64,000 bases of DNA, taken from assembly GCA_963745235.1 (NCBI GenBank), contig CAVUXE010000011.1, positions 32,001-96,000 of the forward strand, given 5' to 3'. Below the pieces are notes generated by a model that worked only from the letters and a program-made list of their open reading frames with translations, had not been told where the DNA came from and did not search any database. A program made the translations under genes and the position numbers. This document shows positions 32,486 through 42,893 of the stretch, in pieces (position 1 is the first letter of the stretch; every line of letters starts with the position of its first letter). The DNA is from an uncultured Spirochaetota bacterium (lineage in GTDB: Bacteria > Spirochaetota > Spirochaetia > SZUA-6 > Fen-1364).

Positions 32486-33644
32486 ATGGCGACAAACAGT
32501 AAAGCTGTCAAGGAAAAACTCAAAGAACAGAGGATAGGGACCCCGACATGGGGGTATGGTGACGCCGGGACGAGGTTTCACGTTGTGCATCGACAGAGCT
32601 CTCCCCGAACACTGGAGCAACGGCTCGACGATGCCGCCGTTGTAAATCGGCTTACCGGCGTGTGCCCGGCCGTCGACCTACACACCGCATGGGACGCAGA
32701 GCGACGACTGGGGCAGGGTTAGGCGATACGCTGCCGATCTCGGCCTTGAGATTGGCGCGGTCAATCCTCACCTCTTCAATGAGGACGACTATGTTCTTGG
32801 GACCGTTTGCAACCCGCTCCAGCGAGTCCGGGAGAAATCGGCGGAGAAGCTGCTTGAGGGTGTACAGATCGCCAGGGCGGTCGGAGCCAGGATTCTCAGT
32901 CTTTGGTTTGCCGATGGGACCGACTATCCGGGCCAGGACAGTTTCCGCTCACGGCGGAAACGCCTCCACGAGGCGCTTGCCAGGGTCTATGCCGCGATGC
33001 CCGCCGAAATGAGCATGGTGGTCGAGTACAAGCTTTTCGAGCCTGGCTTCTACCACATGGATCTTGCCGACTGGGGCGGCTCCTACGTGCTCTGCCTGGC
33101 CCTGGGAGAGCGGGCGAAAGTCCTCGTGGACCTAGGGCACCACGCCCTGGGCGCGAACATCGAGCAAATCGTGGCGTTGCTACTTGGCGAAGGCAAGCTC
33201 GGAGGGTTCCACTTCAACGACAAGAAGTACGGGGACGACGACCTTACCGTGGGTGCGATCAATCCCTACCAGCTTTTCCTAATCTTCTGCGAGCTGGTCT
33301 CCGCCGAGGCGGACGCCGACACGCGGCAGTGCGCCCGGCAGGCGGCCCTCATGATTGATGAAAACCACAACTTCAAGAACGCGCTGGAAGGGACGATCCA
33401 GTCCGTCGAGGCGCTTCAGGTGGCATACGCCAAGGCGCTGCTCGTCGATTACGGATACCTAGCCGAGATGCAGGGCAGGGGAGAGGTCATCCGGGCGGAG
33501 GAATGCATCAAGGATGCATTCCTTACAGACGTGCGTCCCCTTCTACGAGAGGTCAGGACGGAGATGGGGCTGAACCCGGATCCCCTGGACGCCTTTCGAA
33601 GGAGCGGCTACATGGAAAAGATCACGCGCGAGAGAAGCTGTTAG
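32486..33644 (+). CDS. rhaI: L-rhamnose isomerase (RhaI type), frameshift ~32700
   Basis: TPTWGYGDAGTRF, EYKLFEPGFYH.D..DWG, VDLGHH, GFHFNDKKYGDDDL. Confidence 0.85.
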
Positions 33645-33704
33645 TCAGGGGCAACGGCGAAGCTTTGCATCGGCACGGAATTGATTTCAAACAGGAGGAG
33701 ATCG

Positions 33705-33797
33705 ATGAAACTACAAAACTTTCGGGCCAAGGACCGGGAGGTTGTCGAAGGCCTCATCCGGTTTTCCCACCGCGAAGCTCACCCGCTAGAGTCATGA
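33705..33797 (+). pseudogene. 30-aa mini-ORF, probable deletion scar
   Basis: Strong AGGAGGAG RBS; MKLQNF..EGLIRFSH; stop overlaps the next ATG. Confidence 0.4.
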
Positions 33798-35005
33798 CAA
33801 GAAAAGACTCATTCAACCTGGACCGTCACCAGGCTCCCCCTACGATGAGCAGGGAGGAGCTGGAAGGGAAGCTCGCCCACCTGCGCATGGTCCTGGAGCG
33901 CAGGGGCCGCGAGGCGATCCTCCTGAGCCAGGAAGGGGCGTTGCGCTGGCTGACCGGCATCCGGCACCAGATCGTCGACATTGCCCCGGACGCGGAAAGT
34001 CCGGTCAGCGCCTTTGTGCGCCTTCGCCCGGGGGCCACGGAGCTGACGTTCGTCACCACGCGCATCGAGATGCCGAGGATTCGAGACCAGCTGCCCGAGG
34101 TCTTCAGCGGAGTCACTGGCGTGACGATCGACTTCCGGCAGTCGCCTCTTGTGCCGCCTGCCAACGCGCTCGTTCCGGGGCGCGATGGCTACGACGAGGC
34201 GCTGTCGGAGATCGTTCGTCCCCTTCTTGGCGGAGTGGAAGGAAACCAGCTTCAGAAGCTGGAATGGCTGTACGCGATGACGCAGGCCGTGCTCATCGAG
34301 ACCGCCTTGGGGCTTGGGCCTGGAATGAATGGCGCTGAAGTAAGAGGGCTGCTGCTCAGCAACCTCGCCGCACATGACGTGGAAAGTAATCTTATCCTCG
34401 TCGCTCTTGCTGGCCAGGAAAAGCACTTTCATCCATCATATAGCTCGCGCTACCGGACGGAGCGCGGCTGTTGGGTAAAGCTCGTAGCCGGCGGACGCTA
34501 TGCCGAGCTAATCGCGTCGACAACGGTCATGGTCAGAATTGTATCTTCCCCATCGCCGGAAGAAGCCTGCGCATACGCGGCGCTCCAGCGCGGCACCGTG
34601 GAGTATGCCGATCTGTATTGCAGCGACGCGATCGAGTCGGAAATGTACACGGCCGTGGGAAAACGCTTCCTGAAGATCGAGAAGGAAACGGGGCTCAAAG
34701 GCTTTCAGCCGTCAGCCTATTTCCACCACATGGGCGGGCCGACAAGTCCCCTGGGAAACCGCGACTACCTCCTGGAGCCTGGAGGCTCGCACCGGATGTT
34801 TCCCTGGATGCAGTTCGCCATCAATCCCTGTGACGTGCTCCAGTATACGAAGGTGGAGCTGCAGGGCATCGTCATGCCCGAGGGCCCCCCGCGGATGCTC
34901 GATGGGTCGCGCTTCGTGTCGCAGGACCTCGGGCTGTTCTCCGAGGTGCACGCCCAGGGCGGTACAGTTGCTAGAGTCGCCAATATCGTCGAAGCTCGCG
35001 GGTGA
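33794..35005 (+). CDS. M24 (creatinase/prolidase)-fold protein with a non-canonical active site
   Basis: N-terminal LR..L...A.LL....LRWLTG; IEMPRI; HP; YFHHMGGPT..RDY; FAINP. Confidence 0.6.
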   Translation: MTRKDSFNLDRHQAPPTMSREELEGKLAHLRMVLERRGREAILLSQEGALRWLTGIRHQIVDIAPDAESPVSAFVRLRPGATELTFVTTRIEMPRIRDQLPEVFSGVTGVTIDFRQSPLVPPANALVPGRDGYDEALSEIVRPLLGGVEGNQLQKLEWLYAMTQAVLIETALGLGPGMNGAEVRGLLLSNLAAHDVESNLILVALAGQEKHFHPSYSSRYRTERGCWVKLVAGGRYAELIASTTVMVRIVSSPSPEEACAYAALQRGTVEYADLYCSDAIESEMYTAVGKRFLKIEKETGLKGFQPSAYFHHMGGPTSPLGNRDYLLEPGGSHRMFPWMQFAINPCDVLQYTKVELQGIVMPEGPPRMLDGSRFVSQDLGLFSEVHAQGGTVARVANIVEARG

Positions 35006-35296
35006 GAGCGTGTCGACAAGACCTATGACGCATATGCACAGGCGGATGCGCTGGTCACTATCATGGGCGAGCTCATGGCGGGGCAGCAGGTTCAGGGAGT
35101 GCACTTTGTTCCGGGACGCGTTGCGACTCCAGCGAACATCGAGGACCTGCCGGGTGTTTGGGCACGGGATAATCACGACTGACAAGCGCCCCATGGGGTT
35201 GCTGCATTAATGCGGCCGCGGCTGCCTCGCACTTTAATGAGCAGACACACGTGGGCTGCGATCAAATGGGCGAGCAGGATCAGAGTGGGTCAATTC

Positions 35297-35800
35297 ATGA
35301 GAAAGTATCGCGTAGAGCTGCTGACTTTCTCCGATGGGCGTGGATACCAATACGAGCAACTTCTGCCCATTAACAGGGACTACCAGCGGCGCGTAAAAGA
35401 GGCAATCGAGGGAACCGGGGAAACAACGGTCATCGAAGGGCGAGAGATCATCGGGAACAACGCAACCCCTCGCGTGGAGGCCAGCCGGATCGAGCAAGCT
35501 GGCGTTGATGTGGTCATCTTCAACTACGCTATTTGGTGCTTTCCCCACCTCTCTGCGATCGCAGCTAAGGCTGATTCCTCTCCCGATCCTGCTTTTCTCG
35601 AATCTAAACCCCTCGGAGCTATGCATGGTGGGAATGCTTGTAAGCGCAGGCACTATGGATCAGCTTGTAAGCGCAGAGGAGTTGCTTTCAAACTTCCCCT
35701 GTAACCAAATTCACGGAGTCTACGGAGATTTCAAGGGAAATGATCGCGGTTGGAAAAATCATGAGGATTGAAACCCGGCTTTTCGGCACCGGTCAGAACA
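35297..35800 (+). pseudogene. Internally deleted second copy of the fucose-isomerase-like gene
   Basis: MRKYRV.LLTFSDGR..NYAIWCFPHLSAIAA is nearly identical to 6045; jumps from MDQL straight to FPCNQIHGVYGD. Confidence 0.85.
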
Positions 35801-35830
35801 CATCCCTCGCCGGAATAAGAGAGGATTCGA

Positions 35831-36697
35831 ATGATGAATAAGGTGGGAATATATTATGCGTACTGGGAACACAACTGGGACGCAGATTTCGTGCCCTACC
35901 TTTCAAGGGCGAAAGGACTGGGTTTTGACGTTCTGGAGATCAACGCAGGAACCCTTGCGACGCTCAGCATCTCCGAGAGGAAGCGACTTCGCGCCGCCTC
36001 TCTTGAGACCGGGGTGCCGATGAGTTGCTGCTTTGGGCTTCCGCCCTCCTCAGATATGGCCTCCTCCAACCCCGGGGTGAGGAAGGCAGGGCTTGCGCAC
36101 CTCGGCCGGATCGCCGACGCCATGGTGGACTGTGGCATAGATCGCCTGACAGGCCCAATTTACTCTTGCTGGCCTGGCACGCTCGAGGGACGACAGGGTA
36201 GTAAGCAGCAGGCGCTCGAATGGAGCGTCGCCGGAATGAAGGAAGCAATGAAGAAAGCTGAAGACCTTGGTTTTACGTACCATCTGGAAGTGCTGAATCG
36301 CTTCGAGCAGTTCCTCCTGAACACGGCGGAAGAGGCGGTCGCGTATATACAACGTGTTGGAAGCCCAAGCCTCAGGATTCTCCTTGATACATATCACATG
36401 AATATTGAGGAGGACAGTTTTGAGGGAGCGATCAAAACTGCGGGGAAGTTGCTCGGTCACCTCCACACAGGAGAGAGCAACCGCAAGCCACCCGGCCGTG
36501 GCCATATTCCATGGAAGGAGATAGGCTCGGCATTGAAGGAGGTCAGCTTTGATGGATGGGTCGTCATGGAACCTTTCCTCATGCCCGGCGGCGAGGTCGG
36601 TCGGGACATTCGGGTGAACCGGGAATTAATGCCTCAGGCCGACCTCGACGCTGAGGCACGCAGGGCGTGCGCTTTTACGAGGGAATTTCTCAGCTAG
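35831..36697 (+). CDS. D-psicose/D-tagatose 3-epimerase family protein (copy 2)
   Basis: Close paralog of 7492-8358 with the same catalytic motifs. Confidence 0.9.
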   Translation: MMNKVGIYYAYWEHNWDADFVPYLSRAKGLGFDVLEINAGTLATLSISERKRLRAASLETGVPMSCCFGLPPSSDMASSNPGVRKAGLAHLGRIADAMVDCGIDRLTGPIYSCWPGTLEGRQGSKQQALEWSVAGMKEAMKKAEDLGFTYHLEVLNRFEQFLLNTAEEAVAYIQRVGSPSLRILLDTYHMNIEEDSFEGAIKTAGKLLGHLHTGESNRKPPGRGHIPWKEIGSALKEVSFDGWVVMEPFLMPGGEVGRDIRVNRELMPQADLDAEARRACAFTREFLS

Positions 36698-36899
36698 TGA
36701 GACTTGATTCGGACAGCTTCATTATCCTCCTCCGGCGAACGAGATCCGACTGAAACGGGAGCGCCTCTTCAAAACAGACATTTTTGTTGCACAGCCAACG
36801 GCGTAGTGCTGACACCATCCTCGAGAGCAACTAGGGCAACAAGGTTTGTTCAAGTTAGGGGACCTTCTCCGTCCGCGGAGCACATTAATATTAATGTAC

Positions 36900-37870
36900 A
36901 GCGCAAGAGTCGTGGCGCCGCACATCTCTTCCGCCATGGCCTCGCCACCAGAATGATTCGTAACGGTGCTTCCATTGCCGAGATCTTACAGGTCCTTCGA
37001 CATCGCTCCCCAGACAGCACCCTCATTTATGCAAAGGTCGCCTTCGAAGCGTTGCGTGGGATTGCTCGACCCTGGCCCGCACTAGGAGGTCGGTGCGCTG
37101 AGTGACCTTCGCGATGCTCTCACAAAGTACGTAGCAATCCGCCGTGCGTTGGGCAGCAAGCTGGGCGAACCTGCCCAAACTCTTGGTCACTTCGTGGAGT
37201 TTCTCGAAAGCGAAGAAGCGCTGTTTATTACCACAGACCTTGCGCAGCGCTGGGCACAGCTGCCCCAAGGGGTGCAGCGGGCCACCTGGCACGAAGGCTT
37301 GGCATGGTACGACAGTTCGCCCTTTGGCTGAGCACACTCGACCCCCGCACTGAAGTTCCGCCTCGACGGATATTGGAAGCCCGTCGTCAGCGCAATAAAC
37401 CGCATATCTTTACCGAGTATGATATGAGATTGGGCGGACTGATGGCAGAAGCCGCGCGATTGCCCTCGTGAAATCACACGGGCTTGCGGGCGCTGATTTA
37501 TGTCACGCTTATCGGGCTTCTTGCGGCGACCGATCTTCGAGTATCAGAAGCGTTTGCTCTCGATACTTTCGATGTCGATCTTCAAAACGCCGTGGTAACG
37601 ATCCGTCAGTCAAAGTTCGGCAAATCTCGCTTCGTCCCAGTCCACGACTCTACACGCGCGGCCCTCGCTCGCTACAAAGATCGACGCGACGAGTTGTGTC
37701 CGCTACGTCGTACCGACGCGTTCCTGGTCTCGGATCGCGGGAGACGGCTTCAAAGCGGTACCGCCAGTCGCACTTTCGCTAGAATATCCTGCGCCGTCGG
37801 TCTACGGCCAGCGGCAGAAGGCCGGCGCTACGCACGCGGCCCAAGGCTCCAAGATCTGCGGCATTGGCTC
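36900..37870 (+). mobile_element. Degraded RIT element (tandem tyrosine recombinase fragments)
   Basis: HLFRHGLAT..VLRH..T.IYAKV..WP, then YVA.RR.LG, LR.SEA, SKFGKSRFVPVH, PRLQDLRH. Confidence 0.75.
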
Positions 37871-37874
37871 AGAG

Positions 37875-38618
37875 CTAATTCCTAGCCACCCAATTCAAGA
37901 GCCTATTCCAAAATAGACCGTAGTTGATCCAATTAACAAACTCCGGCGGCCCCCAGTGCGGAGCACAGTCCGAAGTAAAGACTGCTGTCCGGCCCTTTCC
38001 GGAGTCACGAACAGCAATAAATGGATCCTCACCGAACTTCGCGAGCACTTGACCTTCCGGTATCTCGATAGTTCTGTTATAACCAAGAAAGCGTGGCCAA
38101 TCACCCAGTTCTGCCATTACTGGATGCGCCGAGTTTAAAACCTTTGGCTGAATGCCATTTGGCTTCTCGATGCGATCATCCACGTCAAGCATCTTGACCG
38201 GCAGCACGTCCGCCAAGGGCGTGACACCATAACGAGCCTTTGCGTCGATGCCTGAGAACGACATATAGCCTCCGATCATGATTAGACCGCCTCCTAACAA
38301 GACGTATTCTCTAAGAACTTCACAACGGTCAGGCACAATCTGGCTCCTATTGAACGTTGCCGAGGACAACAAGAGCGAATTGGAGCCTATGTCCGACAGA
38401 ATCACAACGTCATAGGATACAAGTTCTTCTATAGAGCTCGGAAACACCTCACAAACTTTGTGTCCAGGTATATGTACTACATCCCAGCCGCCGTGTATCA
38501 ACGCATTGCGAATCCATTCAACGCCCTCTTCGTACTCACAAGTAGTAAAGATGTCAAAACCTTTGATGTGAGTCGTTTGCTTCATCCAGGATTCTCCCGC
38601 GATAATTGCCCTCTTCAT
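37875..38618 (-). CDS. DUF1355-like (class I glutamine amidotransferase-like) protein
   Basis: GESW..H.KGFD.F, YDVVILSDIGSN, GGG.IMIGGYMSF, DDR.E.P.G, SD..PHW. Confidence 0.8.
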   Translation of the reverse strand: MKRAIIAGESWMKQTTHIKGFDIFTTCEYEEGVEWIRNALIHGGWDVVHIPGHKVCEVFPSSIEELVSYDVVILSDIGSNSLLLSSATFNRSQIVPDRCEVLREYVLLGGGLIMIGGYMSFSGIDAKARYGVTPLADVLPVKMLDVDDRIEKPNGIQPKVLNSAHPVMAELGDWPRFLGYNRTIEIPEGQVLAKFGEDPFIAVRDSGKGRTAVFTSDCAPHWGPPEFVNWINYGLFWNRLLNWVARN

Positions 38619-39931
38619 TTTGTCTCCTGTCCTTCCTCTTTTTGTTTTTCACTGCACCAGTCCAATATCAAAGTGGCGTAAAATAGGATGAAATCCATAT
38701 AGTCCCTAACCTCAATACTTTCATTAACGGTATGGCATTGACTTAAGCTTCCAGGTCCCGCAATAATTGTTGGAAGACCCCCTATGGTCTTAAGCAGTCG
38801 GGCATCATTTCCCGCTGCACAGCCAGATATTGGTGCATTGCCGAGCGTTTTTGCCATACAACGCTCCGCTGTCTTCAGGAACGGAGAAGATTTCTCTTGC
38901 TCGAAGGCGCCGCCTGCCTGATAGACATTTGTGACTGGCTTGTGTTTTCTTAGCCACTCGTCGCCTTCAGCGCGCCTATTCAATGTTCCAACAACTTCTT
39001 TCTCAACCGAGGAATAGCTCATAACTTTCGGCAGATAGTGAACACAAGTCTTGAAAATGCACCGATCAGGGACCGTCGATCCGGCCGTGCCACCGTTAAT
39101 CACTCCTATATTCAGTGTGGGCGGGGGCAGAAGCGGATGCTTATAGCGCATTAGCCACTCGCGCTCCATGTCGCGTAAAGCTTGGATTAGCAGGATGGCC
39201 TTTTCGATCGCGTTAATACCGTCCCACTTCTTTCCCGAATGGCACGCCATACCCTGCACTGAGATCTGGAAAAACACGAACCCCATATGCGCGAGAGTAA
39301 TGCTTCGATCTGATGGTTCGCACACGACGGCAGCGTCAGCCCGGTGGCCGGCAAGCATGGCTGCAAGAGACCCGTTGCCGCCACCTTCCTCATCTACGAC
39401 AGAAAGGATTGTCACATCTCCCGGAAGCTCTCGACCGGCGTCTTTTAGGAGCTTGAGCGACATAGAAGCGGCGGCGAGCCCGGCCTTCATATCGCAGACA
39501 CCGAGACCCCGTACACGCTCTCCCTCGGGAGTCAACACGTACGGATCAGATTTCCACAACGATACATCGCCCGGTGGCATCGTATCCACATGACAATCGA
39601 AGAGAATTGATCTTCCTCCTTTGCGGCCAGCGAAATGCGCAACGAGATTGTAGCGATCCCCCTTCTGGTAATTATGACCTAGATTGCCTTCTCCGTAATT
39701 CTCTATTCCTCGCTGAATAATCTCTTCCGTCAGAGCCTCAGTGTGAACATCGCCATCAAGTGAGTCATAGAGATTCCTGAGGTATTCTTGGCCGTTCTTC
39801 TCAAATCCGCCCGATACGCCATGGTCCAATACTTGGGTGTTCCGAGAGACAAGCTCACTCAAACATTCAAGATACTCTTCTCGATGCTCCTTCAAGACCC
39901 GCTTCAGTTCATTTAAAGTGGTCTTAGTCAT
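38615..39931 (-). CDS. M20-family ArgE/DapE-like deacylase
   Basis: HVDT, G.CDMKAG, DEE, CEP, H..NE. Confidence 0.9.
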   Translation of the reverse strand: MTKTTLNELKRVLKEHREEYLECLSELVSRNTQVLDHGVSGGFEKNGQEYLRNLYDSLDGDVHTEALTEEIIQRGIENYGEGNLGHNYQKGDRYNLVAHFAGRKGGRSILFDCHVDTMPPGDVSLWKSDPYVLTPEGERVRGLGVCDMKAGLAAASMSLKLLKDAGRELPGDVTILSVVDEEGGGNGSLAAMLAGHRADAAVVCEPSDRSITLAHMGFVFFQISVQGMACHSGKKWDGINAIEKAILLIQALRDMEREWLMRYKHPLLPPPTLNIGVINGGTAGSTVPDRCIFKTCVHYLPKVMSYSSVEKEVVGTLNRRAEGDEWLRKHKPVTNVYQAGGAFEQEKSSPFLKTAERCMAKTLGNAPISGCAAGNDARLLKTIGGLPTIIAGPGSLSQCHTVNESIEVRDYMDFILFYATLILDWCSEKQKEEGQETK

Positions 39932-40865
39932 AGCGTTTATAGGTGTTGTAAATAATGTCCCAGAATTTCCGGAAGTCGAGCTTCGTAGCCACTTGCGCGT
40001 TTGGTGCCCTCTTAGTTATGCCAAAATAGTCGCAGCACGTGCGCCCGTAGGTTTGCTCTCCTCTTAGCTCAATCACTACATGCATGGGCTTGGTCTCGAT
40101 GCAAGTCGGATCGATCAGCCAAGCAATTGTTGTTGGATCGTGAAGCGGTGGAGCGTCCCAACCGAAGACTTCCTTCTGCGTCTTGGAAAAAAACTCCATA
40201 AGCTCTGAGAAAAGGATCGCCGCTCTGTTGCCTAGGGACCTAATACGGCTCACTTCCTCTTTGGTTGCCAACGCTTGCCGAGTAAGATCGAGTCCCATCA
40301 TCGTAATCGGCCTTCCGGACGTAAATACGATGTGGGCCGCTTCCGGATCTGCGTGGATGTTGAACTCGGCTGCTGGAGTTACATTACCAAGCTGATAGGA
40401 GCCTCCCATTAGTACGATCTGCTCAATCTTCGGCAAAATCTTGGGCTCTTTCCGCATGGCCATCGCAATATTGGTTAGAGGACCAGTCGGCACCAGGGTT
40501 ATGTCGCCAGCTGACTTCACAAGCAACTCGATGATGAGGTCGACGGCATGGCGAGAGTCCAAAGGAACCGTCGGTTCCCCAAAGTGGGGCCCGTCAAGCC
40601 CCGTCTGGCCATGAACGTCCGCAGCAGTTATCGCTTCTCGAACCATAGGCCGCGACATCCCCGCAGCGACAGGAATTCCTCGAATCCCTGCAACAGTACA
40701 CACGTTACGAGCATTTCGAACGGTCTTCTCAAGGGTCTGATTGCCGGCCACAACCGTAATAGCTAGCAGGTCAAGATTCGGCGCTGCTGCTGCGAGCATG
40801 ATCGCTGCTGCATCGTCGTGACCCGGATCGACATCGAGAATGATCTTTCTGCGATTTTCATGCAT
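39924..40865 (-). CDS. Nucleoside hydrolase (IU/Rih type)
   Basis: DVDPGHDD, VHG.TGL, GPLTN, AEFN, PPLHDP. Confidence 0.92.
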   Translation of the reverse strand: MHENRRKIILDVDPGHDDAAAIMLAAAAPNLDLLAITVVAGNQTLEKTVRNARNVCTVAGIRGIPVAAGMSRPMVREAITAADVHGQTGLDGPHFGEPTVPLDSRHAVDLIIELLVKSAGDITLVPTGPLTNIAMAMRKEPKILPKIEQIVLMGGSYQLGNVTPAAEFNIHADPEAAHIVFTSGRPITMMGLDLTRQALATKEEVSRIRSLGNRAAILFSELMEFFSKTQKEVFGWDAPPLHDPTTIAWLIDPTCIETKPMHVVIELRGEQTYGRTCCDYFGITKRAPNAQVATKLDFRKFWDIIYNTYKRYD

Positions 40866-41838
40866 GATGCTCATTCCTCCTGCTAGCTTGATTTTCGCCG
40901 GCAATCGCACTCTTTCTGCGTCGCAAAGTGCTGGCATAACGCGCCATGGCGACCGCCAACACAACGACAGTCATTACGTACGGTATCATTAAGATGAATT
41001 GAGACGGCAAGCCAAAAGACTGGAGATTAGACGCTACAGAGTCAGTAAACCCAAATATCAAGCAGCCGACCCATGCAAGTATCGGCGTCGCTCCACCGAA
41101 AAACATCGCAGCAACACCCATGAATCCTCTGCCATTAGTCATGTTTTCGGAGAATAACTGCGAATAACCGAGGGATAGGTGCGCTCCAGCGATACCTCCT
41201 ATAACACCCGACCAGAGGATTACCTCAAATTTCCGCCGATAAACGTTGATGCCAGCGGTTGCCGAAGCCATAGGGTTAAGGCCAACGCTCCGCAATCTGA
41301 GACCCCAAACGGTCCGGTAGAGCATGAAGCTCAGTAAAAACACGAACGGTATGCCTAAGAGCTCAAACATAGAGTACCCCGAAAAGAGGCTTTTCAGTGT
41401 ATCATTATTCTGCAAGAAACCAAACTCCAAACGCGGCAAAGGCACGATCGCTTTGCTGTAAAAACTGCCGGACACTTTCAACGTTCTTTGCAAAGAAAAG
41501 CGTGTAAGAGCTATCGCCAATATGTTGATGGCCATGCCAACAGCAAATACGTCTGCTTTGAAATTGAGATGCGCAATACCGATCACTACTGAGAACAAAA
41601 GCCCCACGCTGACCGCCGCAAGCAGCGCTATGCCCCAACTGCCCGTGAAATAGCTGGTTAGCACGGCAACAAATGCACTTGTGAGCATCGTACCTTCTAC
41701 CCCAACATTGAGAATATCGGCCTGCTGCGTGATCACGCAAGACATTGCGGCAAAAAGGACCGGCGTGGACGAACGAATCGTAGAGTGAATAAGCGTCACG
41801 TTGAAGATTAAGGGAAGGTTAATCAATATGTTTTTCAT
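40858..41838 (-). CDS. Nucleoside ABC permease (NupQ-like)
   Basis: NVGVEG, GLRLRSVG, MTNGRGF, MIPY. Confidence 0.9.
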   Translation of the reverse strand: MKNILINLPLIFNVTLIHSTIRSSTPVLFAAMSCVITQQADILNVGVEGTMLTSAFVAVLTSYFTGSWGIALLAAVSVGLLFSVVIGIAHLNFKADVFAVGMAINILAIALTRFSLQRTLKVSGSFYSKAIVPLPRLEFGFLQNNDTLKSLFSGYSMFELLGIPFVFLLSFMLYRTVWGLRLRSVGLNPMASATAGINVYRRKFEVILWSGVIGGIAGAHLSLGYSQLFSENMTNGRGFMGVAAMFFGGATPILAWVGCLIFGFTDSVASNLQSFGLPSQFILMIPYVMTVVVLAVAMARYASTLRRRKSAIAGENQASRRNEHHA

Positions 41839-41842
41839 GACT

Positions 41843-42893
41843 TCATTCCCTTAGCTCCTCTTTTTGAGCCGCACGAGCCCCTGGCCTTTTGGTCCGCAGC
41901 GTGTGGAGTACCTCAAGAGATGCTAGAAGAATAAAAAGGGCAATAATGGCGTCAAGAAGGGATTTAGGCACTCCTGTGAAACGCTCCATGCCAAGAGCAC
42001 CCGTCTTCAGTATGGCCAGAAAGAATGCAAGAATAGGGACTAGACGCAGATCGTTTTTTGCGATTAAGGCGGCCAACAGGCCATCAAAAGCGATTCCGGA
42101 TGAAAAACTGTCAAGGAAATAGCCATAAATGCCCATTACTTCGATTGATCCTGCGAGACCGCCTAAACCACCACTTATCGCCATTCCCAGGACCATGATA
42201 AATGGCGCGTTAATACCTACAACGCGAGAGTATCCTGCATTGGTGCCGACGCTTCTGATTTTGTAACCAAGAGTTGTGCGTTCGATCGTCCACCACACTA
42301 ACAAATAAAACACCAGTGCTATGAATAGACCAATGTTTGCTCGGCTGGGATGCATGAATTGGTACAGCGTCGCCGTGGCAGCTATTGGAGGCGTCGACGG
42401 GATTCCTGTTTTTGCAGAGAAAATGTAGTTCGCCACATACGATGTAAAAAAAATCGCTACATAGTTAAGAAGTATTGTCGTACAAACTTCGTTCACATTC
42501 CAATAAGCCTTTAGAGCGCCTGCGATGGCAGCCCATAGCGCACCTGACGCTATAGCTACAGCAAAGCACAATGAGATGTGGAGCAGCATCGGCAAGCCTT
42601 TGAACGCAACACCCGCCCACGCAGCCGCAATAGCTCCCAAATAGAGTTCGCCTTCGACACCAACATTAAAGACGGCGACCTTCGAGGATACGGCAAACGC
42701 CAGTGAGGTAAGTAGAAGAGGAACAAAACGTTCCAGAGTTCCTCCCAAACTAAGCTTGCCGACGAAAGCTCCTTTGAAGAGTTCATAGTAAGCCTGCATA
42801 GGATTGTAGCCCATACCGACCATTACCTAGCGCCCCTAGCCCAAGGGAGAGCACAATAGTAAAAAGAGTGTTCTTCAGGGAATCTTTAAACAT
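41843..42893 (-). CDS. Nucleoside ABC permease (NupP-like), frameshift ~42827
   Basis: FNVGVEGE, NEV..TILLNY, FDG..AALI; N-terminus MFKDSLK in the adjacent frame. Confidence 0.85.

Noticed and set aside
33503-33793. N-terminal extension of the M24-like ORF
   Set aside because: Overlaps rhaI and the mini-ORF; ATG 33794 is the more plausible start
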